The translations under genes and the position numbers were made by a program. This document shows, in pieces, positions 42,721 to 63,686 of a DNA stretch of 64,000 nucleotides (its first letter is position 1; each line of letters opens with the position of its first letter). The DNA comes from Octopus vulgaris (lineage: Eukaryota): positions 25,916,001 through 25,980,000 of the forward strand of contig OX597840.1 in assembly GCA_951406725.2 (NCBI GenBank), in the 5' to 3' direction. The notes beneath the pieces are model-generated. The model saw nothing but the letters and a program-made list of their open reading frames with translations, searched no databases and was not told where the DNA came from.

Positions 42721-42822
42721 AGAAAAGTAATTCTTACCAATAGCTTCCTGGCATGTTTTCTTGATATAATGAAATTTCGGAATGGATGCTTCATTCGCCA
42801 GGTCTGCGAGAACTCTCTCCAT
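3847..42822 (-). CDS. ARFGEF3: ARFGEF3/BIG3 (KIAA1244)-like large Sec7-family protein, coding exons 1-24 (3' part outside the window)
   Basis: 24 GT-AG exons join in one frame (4190 nt). Peptides match remembered BIG3 motifs: [104 protein letters not shown]. An in-frame ATG also exists at 42846; 42822 has the better context (aaaATGg) and matches the expected Met1. Confidence 0.93.
5638..5893 (-). CDS. ARFGEF3: ARFGEF3 exon 23 ([24 protein letters not shown]...[12 protein letters not shown])
   Basis: tttcag acceptor, cag|gtaagt donor, 256 nt; IRSGW motif of large ArfGEF HDS domains. Confidence 0.93.
6218..6742. repeat. 25-bp minisatellite, about 21 copies
   Basis: Unit cagcacaggtgttcttatgtgacac with variants. 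Confidence 0.92.
6910..7089 (-). CDS. ARFGEF3: ARFGEF3 exon 22 ([19 protein letters not shown]...[10 protein letters not shown])
   Basis: gttcag acceptor, cag|gtaaga donor, 180 nt. Confidence 0.92.
7189..8013 (+). mobile_element. Three copies of a ~225-bp TTAA-flanked piggyBac-like MITE (7189-7418, 7427-7657, 7783-8013)
   Basis: TTAA-CCCTTT...AAAGGG-TTAA ends and near-identical bodies; further copies at about 28990-29215, 35455-35682 (-) and 62060-62292 (-). Confidence 0.8.
8413..8677 (-). CDS. ARFGEF3: ARFGEF3 exon 21 ([18 protein letters not shown]...[20 protein letters not shown])
   Basis: tttag acceptor, gag|gtaaat donor, 265 nt. Confidence 0.92.
8900..9090. repeat. (AAT/GAT)n microsatellite
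   Basis: Direct reading. Confidence 0.95.
9976..10492 (+). mobile_element. RTE-tail non-autonomous retroelement (representative copy)
   Basis: Internal cgtgccggtggcacgtaaaaagcacc repeats and a ccatgccagcatggaaagc...(gat)n end; other copies near 9505, 12535, 18860, 21645, 27315, 28160, 32895, 38650, 60660-61310 and 62350-62733. Confidence 0.75.
10652..10840 (-). CDS. ARFGEF3: ARFGEF3 exon 20 (CDPEMYMTS...[14 protein letters not shown])
   Basis: ttccag acceptor, cg|gtaaaa donor, 189 nt. Confidence 0.88.
10889..11320 (+). mobile_element. tRNA-derived SINE family A, full length (representative copy)
   Basis: A-box tggct.tgtgg, B-box ggttcagtccc, CORE-like accttgggcaagt, central (TA)n(TG)n, 3' gactgaaacaagtaaaaga; many copies, e.g. 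1718-2092, 2395-2740, 3010-3570, 29455-29823, 30115-30491, 39990-40402, 40705-41110, 41755-42302, 46800-47190, 48915-49323, 62895-63298. Confidence 0.85.
11953..12078 (-). CDS. ARFGEF3: ARFGEF3 exon 19 ([16 protein letters not shown]...DGSY)
   Basis: tttcag acceptor, aa|gtaagt donor, 126 nt. Confidence 0.88.
12110..12533. repeat. (AAT)n-derived AT-only tract
   Basis: Direct reading. Confidence 0.95.
13268..13706. repeat. Penelope-like inverted/tandem repeat (one minus and two plus units of ~135 bp) with hammerhead-like motifs
   Basis: Palindrome centred near 13411 plus a third unit at 13562-13706; the PLE assignment is inferred from architecture and motif. Confidence 0.65.
13571..13621 (+). 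ncRNA. Putative minimal type I hammerhead ribozyme, G3-C8 variant
   Basis: TTTGTCA-GTGAACA-G-GTCGC-loop-GTGAC-GAA-A-ATAT-T-T-TGACAAA: 7-bp stem I, 5-bp stem II, palindromic stem III; folded by eye. Confidence 0.6.
13721..13952 (-). CDS. ARFGEF3: ARFGEF3 exon 18 ([14 protein letters not shown]...[16 protein letters not shown])
   Basis: AAG acceptor, cag|gtaaga donor, 232 nt. Confidence 0.92.
14445..14716. repeat. Penelope-like palindrome (~130-bp arms) with U3-A8 hammerhead-like motif in each arm
   Basis: Inverted arms centred near 14578; motif TTGAAAA-G-GTTGC-aagac-GCAA(C/A)-GAAAATTT at 14585-14621 (+) and 14534-14570 (-). Confidence 0.6.
14864..15260 (+). mobile_element. Non-autonomous Helitron, complete
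   Basis: A|TC start, CCCGAGCAACGCCGGG hairpin, CTAG|T end, no TSD. Confidence 0.88.
15357..15575 (-). CDS. ARFGEF3: ARFGEF3 exon 17 ([20 protein letters not shown]...[11 protein letters not shown])
   Basis: AAG acceptor, tgg|gtaaga donor, 219 nt. Confidence 0.92.
15600..16460. repeat. (GAT)n array with higher-order unit
   Basis: gttgacaagatttga marker recurs at about 15790, 15911, 16032 and 16126. Confidence 0.95.
16521..16727 (-). CDS. ARFGEF3: ARFGEF3 exon 16 ([17 protein letters not shown]...DAVMA)
   Basis: ttccag acceptor, cag|gtaagg donor, 207 nt. Confidence 0.9.
16862..18090. mobile_element. Cluster of SINE family B copies (Meta-domain-like) in both orientations
   Basis: gagttcaaattcc B-box followed by gaggtcgactttgcctttcatcctttcggggtcg; other copies near 9100-9500, 14017-14228, 18648-18860, 41116-41350, 53240-53445 and 63768-63995. 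Confidence 0.78.
18285..18441 (-). CDS. ARFGEF3: ARFGEF3 exon 15 ([28 protein letters not shown]...SPLISMLT)
   Basis: tttgcag acceptor, cag|gtaaac donor, 157 nt. Confidence 0.92.
19131..19291 (-). CDS. ARFGEF3: ARFGEF3 exon 14 (DMVNGFP...[20 protein letters not shown]...LVTE)
   Basis: AAG acceptor after a pyrimidine tract, gag|gtaaac donor, 161 nt. Confidence 0.87.
19461..20023 (+). mobile_element. Internally deleted mariner element
   Basis: TA-flanked TIRs of about 30 bp (ttgggttgtc...gttcgtgcc / ggcacgaac...gacaacccaa); C-terminal transposase [19 protein letters not shown]...[12 protein letters not shown] fused to an N-terminal stub. Confidence 0.9.
20277..20924 (-). CDS. ARFGEF3: ARFGEF3 exon 13, acidic linker plus start of the Sec7-like region (...[27 protein letters not shown])
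   Basis: Within ORF 20263-20979; tandem CAGCAG acceptor (start 20924 or 20921), cag|gtgagt donor, 648 nt. Confidence 0.92.
20960..21392. repeat. CA-rich compound microsatellite
   Basis: Repeated acacacacagacatttat. Confidence 0.92.
21905..22105. repeat. ~25-bp tandem repeat inside an RTE-tail element
   Basis: Unit ccagtcaaggcggcgctggcatcgg, about 8 copies. Confidence 0.8.
22177..22349 (-). CDS. ARFGEF3: ARFGEF3 exon 12 ([37 protein letters not shown]...RQER)
   Basis: tttcag acceptor, ag|gttcgt donor, 173 nt. Confidence 0.85.
22560..22930 (+). mobile_element. tRNA-headed, Penelope-tailed element with an inverted copy of its 3' end upstream
   Basis: A/B-box head at 22602-22660; hammerhead-like motif at 22847-22892; 22560-22599 is the reverse complement of about 22891-22930. 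Confidence 0.55.
22847..22892 (+). ncRNA. Putative minimal type I hammerhead ribozyme, canonical C3-G8 core
   Basis: GACAC-CTGATGA-A-GGCTG-loop-CAGCC-GAA-A-TG-T-T-GTGTT. Confidence 0.62.
23223..23335 (-). CDS. ARFGEF3: ARFGEF3 exon 11 ([14 protein letters not shown]...DIAFMKL)
   Basis: ttgcag acceptor, ct|gtaagt donor, 113 nt. Confidence 0.88.
23847..23969. repeat. Palindrome with ~56-bp arms, Penelope-like
   Basis: atttattttatagaaggagcttctacaggactagaactgtttcattcaaatgaaatc and its exact reverse complement; minus strand reads CTGATGA...GAAAC with a weak stem II. Confidence 0.65.
24480..24612 (-). CDS. ARFGEF3: ARFGEF3 exon 10 ([44 protein letters not shown])
   Basis: tgtcag acceptor, ctg|gtttgt donor, 133 nt; strongly BIG3-like. 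Confidence 0.93.
24790..26980. repeat. 2.2-kb purine-rich (GAG/GTG/GAA) array with higher-order repeats
   Basis: Recurrent gagaatgagaagatggtggtggaggagaaggtggaagaa blocks; almost no C on the plus strand. Confidence 0.95.
27101..27259 (-). CDS. ARFGEF3: ARFGEF3 exon 9 ([14 protein letters not shown]...GRGSGCS...AKVIY)
   Basis: ttttgtag acceptor, aa|gtaaga donor, 159 nt. Confidence 0.92.
29259..29375 (-). CDS. ARFGEF3: ARFGEF3 exon 8 ([39 protein letters not shown])
   Basis: poly-T ccag acceptor, tg|gttagt donor, 117 nt. Confidence 0.88.
32022..32103 (-). CDS. ARFGEF3: ARFGEF3 exon 7 ([27 protein letters not shown])
   Basis: ttacag acceptor, aa|gtaagc donor, 82 nt. Confidence 0.83.
32199..32699. 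mobile_element. Mariner-derived fold-back MITE
   Basis: Inverted arms of about 85 bp; minus-strand [25 protein letters not shown] and plus-strand [21 protein letters not shown] transposase pieces. Confidence 0.85.
33705..33756 (-). CDS. ARFGEF3: ARFGEF3 exon 6 ([17 protein letters not shown])
   Basis: ttgcag acceptor, aag|gtata donor, 52 nt; supplies the phase 0 to 1 change needed between exons 5 and 7. Confidence 0.75.
33866..34382. repeat. (GTG/GTA/GTT)n array
   Basis: Direct reading. Confidence 0.95.
36342..36470 (-). CDS. ARFGEF3: ARFGEF3 exon 5 ([43 protein letters not shown])
   Basis: cgtag acceptor, cgg|gtatgt donor, 129 nt; contains the [11 protein letters not shown] motif of large ArfGEFs. 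Confidence 0.88.
36560..36900 (-). mobile_element. Decayed Tc1/mariner-superfamily transposase fragment
   Basis: [11 protein letters not shown]...[14 protein letters not shown]...IVFSDVVTF (resembles an IxFSDEATF first-Asp motif); boundaries approximate. Confidence 0.7.
37066..37134 (-). CDS. ARFGEF3: ARFGEF3 exon 4 ([23 protein letters not shown])
   Basis: tttacag acceptor, cag|gtagg donor, 69 nt. Confidence 0.88.
37615..37749 (-). CDS. ARFGEF3: ARFGEF3 exon 3 (LILQDDQF...[10 protein letters not shown])
   Basis: cag acceptor, aag|gtaaat donor, 135 nt. Confidence 0.9.
37850..38234 (-). mobile_element. tRNA-derived SINE family C (representative copy)
   Basis: Head ggaggcgcaatggctcagtggttagggcagcggactcgcgg...ggtttcgattccc; other copies at 4090-4380 (-), 5010-5140, 5230-5590 and 61325-61620. 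Confidence 0.8.
38269..38399 (-). CDS. ARFGEF3: ARFGEF3 exon 2 ([44 protein letters not shown])
   Basis: tttgcag acceptor, gag|gtttgt donor, 131 nt. Confidence 0.9.
39849..40667. mobile_element. hAT-type non-autonomous element with a nested SINE
   Basis: CAG...CTG ends; 8-bp TSD taatatgt / taatacgt; repeated cctaccctg subterminal motifs; SINE at about 39990-40402 inside. Confidence 0.7.
42390..42721. repeat. (GATA/GACA)n array just inside ARFGEF3 intron 1
   Basis: Direct reading; a complementary-type (TATC)n array lies at 52416-52833. Confidence 0.95.
42738..42822 (-). CDS. ARFGEF3: ARFGEF3 coding exon 1 ([28 protein letters not shown])
   Basis: ATG to G|gtaaga donor, 85 nt, phase 1. Confidence 0.9.
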
Positions 42823-44226
42823 TTTGGATTGGTTTGGGGGAATCATTTGGTTAGCGTTTCGATCCTGGTCCCTTCCTCAAAGATTTTGTCGGCGTATTTC
42901 TTTATATATATTCTTCATACATATTCCTTCCTTATTACTTTTCATCATCGCTACAAACAAAATACGTATTCGTCGCCAGACGTTTTCGTTTTTATTTTTC
43001 TTTACTCTCTTCTTCTGCAAATCAGGAACTATTCCGATTAAATATAAATATATATATATATATATATACCCACACACCCTGTTAAGGATGTGTGTATATA
43101 TTTATATGAATACGTAAATATGCGCTGATTAAGTTTTGATCTTATAACAAGAACCTGTCACGTAATTTAAATAGATTAATAAATATGTGTGTATAAGTAG
43201 TGTGAATGCGTGTGTATTATTAATGATGGATTGGGGCTTTTTCTTCCTTTGTTTACAGGGTTTATAGTAATGTTTTAACCCCGAGTCATCTCTGATCCAG
43301 AAGGCCTACATGGTATCGAACCGCGACCATGATTTCCCTTTTATCTTTTTTTCTGCTCTTTTCATAATATATGTCAAATAGCAATGTGTCCGCGTATGAA
43401 AGCGGTATGGTGGTTATAAGAAATATATTTAATTGTCATTTCTACCGGGGGAGAGGCTGGATATAAATAATAATAATAACTAGCTCTAGGGTTGGGAATA
43501 ACGAAAGCAGAAAGGGGAAAAATAAAAGCGTGGAAGAATTTGGTTAATTAACAAGTGTCATTTGCATTATATCGTCATGATAATTGCTGTCGATCGTCGT
43601 AATTAAAATCGATGTTGGAATTATCATCGGCGCGATGACATCGTTACAACAATATTGATGACAAATATGTATCTGTGTGGTGATGTGGGGGAGAAAAAAA
43701 TATTAAATTAATAGGCTGATGGTGGCGATGATGACGGAGATGGAAAGTGCGTGACGAAATTATTGATGGGAGAAAAAAAAAATCTATTTATCCGTCCACG
43801 AACATACGTGTCGTAAACGCATGCGGGCCTGAGTGTATATTTCATATATATATACACAGATATGTATGTCTATGTGTCTACATAGGGATGTATGTGCGTA
43901 ATTTATAAATGCATAGATACGTATGAACGCATTTTAAACATACATGTATATATATATATCTATATGAATGAGCGTATGCGTGTCTATATGTCTGTCTATA
44001 TATGTGTATATATCTCTCTATTTTTATCTATGGGTGTATATATATATATATATACGTGTGTTAACAGATTTGTGAGTCTCGTTATAATCTGAGGTAGATT
44101 TTTCCCGACATGTATCCACGTCTGTCGAGAATGTCACAAAAGATTTACAGCAATTAATGTGTCTATAGGTAAATATGTGTGTGTATAACGGTGACAATAC
44201 ATATATATATATATAGATATTACATC

Positions 44227-44476
44227 TTAATTGGAGGCATGGCAGGGTGTGGCACACGACCCTGTGCAGGGACCTGCAACACACGTGAGGTTTGCGCAAA
44301 CCGGAGCCCTGGTTCCGAATGCTTCTTATAAATTACACGTGAAATGGGTGTTTATTGAGCGATATATAGGGATATATATAATGGTGTTAAATGTATCCAG
44401 GGTTTGACTTGGATACTGTATATATATTTATATATTTATGAATGTGTGTTTGTATATTTATGTACAAATATGTACG

Positions 44477-44511
<35 letters not shown>

Positions 44512-44877
44512 TGTATGAATGTTTAGGTGTGTATGTAATATTTATGTATGTATATTTATTATGCACATGTATGCAGGTCTATATATTTATGTATGTACGT
44601 GTAGTAGGTGTGTAGATATGTTTATATACATATATGTATGCATGTATGTTTATATTTATGTGTATGTATAATGATTTTTAAAAAAAGTCTGTTAGTGAGT
44701 GCAGACGTAGCTACTACCGACGAGGAAGTACTCAATACATAGTCTGTGTAGAGTGTATATATATATGGGAATCTATATGTGCGTGTATATATATATGTGT
44801 GTGTGTGTGTAACATGAAGGGTTGTACGTTTTCGTGTAATCCGAAGGAATGTATAAAGTAATTAAAATGATGGGTAC

Positions 44878-44925
<48 letters not shown>

Positions 44926-45425
44926 TGTGGTTAACCCCGACTCAACCCGGGACCTACATATATATATATATGTGTGTGTGTGTGTGTATGGATATATGTT
45001 AACCAAGCGGCTGGGTATTTGGAGGTAAGCAAAGAGACGTCCCTGGTAATCCGAGATGGTTCGCTCCTGTCTCCGAGGCAAGAAGTGTGGGACGAACAGT
45101 TAGTCTTCCAATAGAACGATGGTATTGAACTCCATATGGTTCTGTAAAACGGAGAAGAAAACAGATTTTGGTTAAAAGCACATCACCGACTCGATAACAG
45201 TAAATTATATACACAGAGCGACATTAGTGACAAAAATCATATGGTGCTTTGATTAGAAATATCTATGTAAAGTGCGCGACATATGTGCGCATGAGATGTG
45301 TGTATACATGCATATATGTATGTATGTATATATATTATATGTTTGTGTATGGATATATGTAAATATATGTGTGTGTGTGTGCGTGCATGTATGTATACGT
45401 ATTTATGTATGAGCATGTATTTATG

Positions 45426-45457
<32 letters not shown>

Positions 45458-46473
45458 AGTATATGTATGTATGTATATTTAAATGGATCTATAATGCTGT
45501 GTACGTTGATTAATATGTGTGTATATATAAATATATATATTTATATATGTGTGTGTGTGTGCGTGCATGTATGTATACGTATTTATGTATGTATACACAC
45601 ACAAGTGTATATATATATATATGTATTTAAATGGATCTATAATGCTGTGTATGTTGGTTAATGTGTGTATATATAAATATAAATACATATATTTATATAT
45701 ATGTGTGTGTGCGTGTATGTATTTGTGTATCTATGTATGGGTGTATGTATTTATGTATATATATATATTTACGCACAGAAGCAGTGTATAAAGTCAGCAA
45801 GGATGGAGAGAAAAAATGCTGTCTGCTCCTTTCAGCCTCTCTTCTTCTGTCTCTCTCCGCCTCTCCTGCTCCTCCTCTCTCACTTCTCCGTCTCTCTCTA
45901 TCTCTATCACTCTCACCCTCTCTCTACCTTTTACCCTCTCTCTCTCTAAACCTTCACTCACACCGCACCATCTAGTTACCTCCCTTCACATTCCGAGTTC
46001 AATTTCTATCGAGGTCTGCTTCATCTTTCATCCTTCCAGGAAACGATTTAATAAAACACCCACCCCAGACATATACCTAAATCAATTTAATCAACTCTCT
46101 CTCTCTCTCTCTCCATCCCAATTTTCTATTCTTCTTCCTCAGCAAATAATAATAATCACAACAATAATTACTATTATCATAATTATTTCTATGTTAATCA
46201 TAAAACAGGTGGTTGCATGATTTCCTTACGTCGCTTACGATATTAAAAATATCGATTTTTTATTAGATTTCCTGCACGTCCGCCAGCATTTAGCTCTTTT
46301 GTTATATATATATATTATTGTTTTTACTTATTTTAAGCAACGAGGAGGAGATTAACTGGTTTAATCTGACTCATGTTCGGGGTTAGTCACTAATATATGT
46401 TAGTATTATTAGTAACTAGCTTCAGCGATTTGGGTTGTGGCTTACCCGGGCATTTGCTTTCTGAGGGTTTCAT
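44227..46473 (-). CDS. Candidate unrecognised 3-exon small ORF, 70 aa (46473-46446, 45141-45004, 44273-44227)
   Basis: GC-richer islands inside simple repeats, with phase-compatible GT-AG sites. Strong acceptor at 45142 and donor at 46445; weak donor (gttaac) at 45003. No homology recognised. Confidence 0.4.
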
Positions 46474-47768
46474 CTGGGGGTTTTCTTTTTGGATCGATGT
46501 GGACGTAAACACATGAACATATGTATGCATTTTTATGTATGCATGCTTGCACAAAGAATCGTATGCATGCATGCATACATATATGCATGCATGCCTGCAT
46601 ATGTATGTGCATGCATGTTTGCAAACATATATATATATATGCATGTATACATGCATACAAGCGTACTTAAATCTATACATACATGCATAAATATATATAT
46701 ATGAATGCATACATGCATGTATTCCGAGGTGCATACATACATACATGTGTTTATGCATGCATGCATCCGTACGTACAAGCGTACGACTATATGTAATTAG
46801 GGGAGTGGCTGCGTGGTAAGTAGCTTGCTAACCAACCACATGGTTCCGGGTTCAGTCCCACTGCGTGGCATCTTGGGCAAGTGTCTTCTGCTATAGCCCC
46901 CGGCCGACCAATGCCTTGTGAGTGGATTTGGTAGACGGAAACTGAAAGAAGCCCGTCGTATATATGTATATGTATATATGTATGTGTGTGTCTGTGTTTG
47001 TCCCCCTAGCATTGATTGACAACCGATGCTGGTGTATTTACGTCCCCGTCACTTAGCGGTTCGGCAAAAGAGACCGATAGAATGAGTACTGGGCTTACAA
47101 AAAATAAGTCCTGGGGTCGATTTGCTCGACTAAAGGCGGTGCTCCAGCATGGCCGCAGTCAAATGACTGAAACAAGTAAAAGAGTAAAGGAGTATATATA
47201 TATATATATATATACACACAGTGAGTACTTACCTCACCTCTTAACGAATTAAGATCTGGTACCTGTGTCTACTTCACCTGACATACAACGGTATCAGGTT
47301 CTTTCTTTTTTTTTTGCAGATTTATAAATTAACAAAATCGAAAAATAATCCGTTTAAAGGTAAATGTGGAGAACGGCGGCGTGATTTCCATAAATGGGGA
47401 ATATATAAATACATCGAGGTATATGTGAAATAACGAAACGAAAAAAAATAATTGTTTGCTTTTTTTGTCTTCAGTAAGAGAAGAAAAACAACAAACCTTC
47501 GTTTTACAAGCCTGTGTGTTATGGGGAGAGCAGACATTTATGTATCTCACGTGAATTTCGTTTGGAATCTATTGTATTTTACACGTTTCAGCCATTAGAT
47601 TACGACCATGATGGAGCACCGCCTTGGACAATTTTTTGTCGAATAAATCAACCCCAGCACTTAATTTTTGGTTTTAAGCCTGGTTTTTATTCTTTCGGTC
47701 TCTTTTGACGAGTTACAGGAGCGTAAACACACCAACACTGGTTGTCACGCCGTAACGGAAGAGAAGCA

Positions 47769-47810
<42 letters not shown>

Positions 47811-47857
47811 GGGTCGGCCAAAATTCACTTGACAGTAAATTAAAACCATTTAATTCC

Positions 47858-48513
47858 CAGATAGCCTGGGCAAAGTTTAGGGAGCTCCTACCTCTGCTGG
47901 CAACTAAGGGCCTCTCGCTCAGGATGAAAGGTAGACTGTATGATGCTTGTATGCGAACTGCCAGGCAGTGGAACATGGGCCACGACTGCTGAGGACATGC
48001 GTAGGCTTGCAAGAAATGAAGCTGGTTTGATCTGCTGGATGTGTGATGTCAGTGTGCAGACACGACAGAGTGTGAGCGCCCTGAGAGAAAAGTTGGACAT
48101 AGGAAATATCAAATGTGGTGTGCAAGAGAGATGACAGCGCTGGTATGGTCATGTGTTACGTATGGATGAGGACAACTGTGTGAGGAAGTGCCACACCCTG
48201 ACTGTGGAAGGAACCTGTGGAAGAAGTAGACCCAGGAAGACATGGGATGAGGTGGTCAATGCCAGTGCCCCCTGACTGGCACCTGTTCCGGTGGCACATA
48301 AAAAGCACTATCCAAATGTTATCAATGCCAGGGCCACCTGACTGGCTCCTGTGCCAGTGGGAACTTAAAAAGCACCCATTACACTCTCAGAGTGGTTGGC
48401 GTTAGGAAGAGCATCCAGCTGTAGAAACTCTGCCAGATCAGACTGGAGCCCGGTGCAGCCATCTGGTTCGCCAGTCCTCAGTCAAATGGACGTTAAACGA
48501 TGATGATGATGAT
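47858..48513 (+). mobile_element. RTE-clade LINE 3' fragment with (GAT)n tail
   Basis: AWAKFRELLPLL...KGRLYDAC...WYGHVLRMDE...GRSRPRKTW, with a stop and a frameshift; ends ggacgttaaacgatgatgat. Confidence 0.85.
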
Positions 48514-49880
48514 TTATTTATGATTAACAAGTTAATGAATTTGATAAAAGCATCTAAATATGAAACATGATGGAAATTGTTCAAACTGAAGTCCATCTTG
48601 TAAACATTCATAATTGAAATAAAAAATAAATAAATAAATGCGGCCTTTTAAAGTGTAGCTCATGGGCCCAGTTTCCCGGTTTCAATGGCGTATGTGTTCC
48701 CCAACTGGATGGTGGAGGCCAGTCCATCGCAGCGTTACTAAATTTTGCCAGCTGAGTGGACTGAAGCAACGTGAAATGAAGTGTCTTGCTCAAGGATACA
48801 ACGCGTCGCACCGGTCCAGGAATCGAAACCACAATCTTACGCTCATGGTGCTGACACCCTAACCACTAAGCCACTTGCCTCCACCATAATTGGAATGGAT
48901 AAATAAAATTGAATACTCTTTTACTTTCTTTTACTTGTTTCAGTCATTTGACTGCGGCCATGCTGGAGCACCGCCTTTTTTAATCGAGCAACTCGATCCC
49001 GGGACTTATTCTTTTGTAAGCCCAGTACTTATTCTATCGGTCTCTTTTGCCGAACCGCTAAGTGACGGGGACGTAAACACACCAGCATCGGTTGTCAAGC
49101 AATGCTAGGAGGACAAACACAGACACACAAACATACATATATATATATATATATACACATATATACGACGGGATTCTTTCAGTTTCCGTCTACCAAATCC
49201 ACTCACAAGGCATTGGTCGGCCCGGGGCTATAGCAGAAGACACTTGCCCAAGGTGCCACGCAGTGGGACTGAACCCGGAACCATGTGGTTGGTAAACAAG
49301 CTACTTACCACACAGCCACTCCTAAGTATTTATGGAATTTTGATTTACTGTCGGGTGACTCTTGGCCAAACCTTTATATATACGTAAATGACATCCGTGA
49401 AATCAAAGTCGGTGTCGTTGCTGGAAGCATGATCATTGAATGTTGGACCTCATGGAGGGGATGACAAGTGACCGAGATCTTTGGCGATATGCTGCGCTTG
49501 AGAAGACTCATTGAGCCAAGTGAAATTGTAATCGTGGCCATTGCTGGTGTCATGCAAATGGCACCTGTGCCGGTGACACGCAGAAAAGCACCCATTACAC
49601 TCTGCTGAGTGGTTGGTGTTAGGAAGGGCATCCAGCCATAGAAACCATGCTGAATCAGACAGGATCCACTTCATGCAGCCTTGGGGGTCGCATGAGAAGG
49701 TCACGGATGCTGTCCTGTTCCATCAAAACAATCAACGGAGAGAAAGGCAGAAGAAGGGCAAAACAAAGAGGAGATAACGCTAATCTTTTCTTTGCATCGT
49801 CGGACTGCGGCCATGCTGGGGTACCGTCTTGAAGGTACCTCTTTTCTTTTTTTTTTTAAGTTTGGTACTTCTTCTAACGG

Positions 49881-50289
49881 GATCTTTTCGGTTTGAACGG
49901 CAGTTTTTTCTAGCGGTGTCATATGAAATTATCACCCATAATTATGACCCTAGTATCGATCTATTGCATTTCAATCTGGGTCAGGGTTAGGGGTGGGGGG
50001 AAGGGTATCTTTTTTTCTTCGGAAATGTAAATAACCCCAATCTGTTTCTTAAACGAGGGACATATTCATACGGCACAGAATGTTTTTTAACTCAATAGAC
50101 GTCAGTGATTGGTTGAAATTGCAGAAATTGAAGAAAAAAACAACAAATATCTTACAAACTACAGAATTTTCTCAATAAAGCCAAGAGAAAAAGATGTTTT
50201 ATAAACACATTCTACCAGTATACGAAGTTTAAAATATTTTTAGTTACCTAGAAATTATGTTATAAACTGCCGTTCAAACCGAAAAGATC
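49881..50289. mobile_element. MITE with 26-bp perfect TIRs
   Basis: gatcttttcggtttgaacggcagttt / aaactgccgttcaaaccgaaaagatc; internal gggtcagggttaggggtggggg tract. Confidence 0.75.
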
Positions 50290-50311
50290 TATGAATATAT
50301 ATATATATATA

Positions 50312-50705
50312 CTAGCAGTGTCGCCCGGCGTTGCTCGGGTTTGTAAGGGAAATAACTATATAAGCATTTTTAGAGATGTAAAGTATAATAGCCATCTCAA
50401 TATGGCTAACCACAAAGGGGGGGGGGGTTACTGTAGCTTTTTACGTTCTGAGATTTAATAAATTTTTAGAGAGTTACTTCCCTTATATATGCCAAAAATG
50501 CATTAAAATGGAAAAAATGATGTTAAATTATTTTTAAAATCGTAGACTCATCGTAGACGCGCGCTAATACCCAGAAGGGCTCGATATGAATCACGACTAT
50601 AAGATACCCGCTTTTGGTTAAACTGCACCGCAAAATGTGGGAGTAGTTAGGAATCTAAATCGTAGGAGACAGACACTCACACAACTAGAGTTTTATATAT
50701 AAAGA
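50312..50705 (-). mobile_element. Non-autonomous Helitron, same family as 14864-15260
   Basis: Reverse-complement match along its length; TC...CTAG ends inserted at AT. Confidence 0.88.
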
Positions 50706-50860
50706 TATATAAAATGTATGTATATATTTATATACACATGGGTGTATACTCATATACACATGTATATATATTCAAATACGCATGTGTATATACTCATAAA
50801 CACATGTATATATGCATATACATGTGTATATGAATATATACACACACATGTATGTATATT

Positions 50861-50938
50861 GCGTTTAACCGGAAGTTATCGATATGCGTGACCTCAGTGT
50901 TGCATTGTGGGTGAACCGAATGTAGATTTCGAGTCAAC

Positions 50939-50945
<7 letters not shown>
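50861..50945 (+). promoter_or_regulatory. Putative NDUFAB1 proximal promoter/5'UTR with ETS (GABP/NRF-2-type) site
   Basis: CCGGAAGT at 50869-50876, about 60 nt before the ATG; this motif is common at nuclear OXPHOS gene promoters; function is inferred. Confidence 0.45.

Positions 50946-63686
<12,741 letters not shown>

Noticed and set aside
47320-47359. Plus-strand 40-nt segment with good acceptor and donor
   Set aside because: No partner exons or recognisable peptide; could be chance in AT-rich DNA, though a non-coding upstream exon cannot be excluded.
49978-50000. Telomere-like TTAGGG
   Set aside because: One exact unit inside a MITE; not an interstitial telomeric array.
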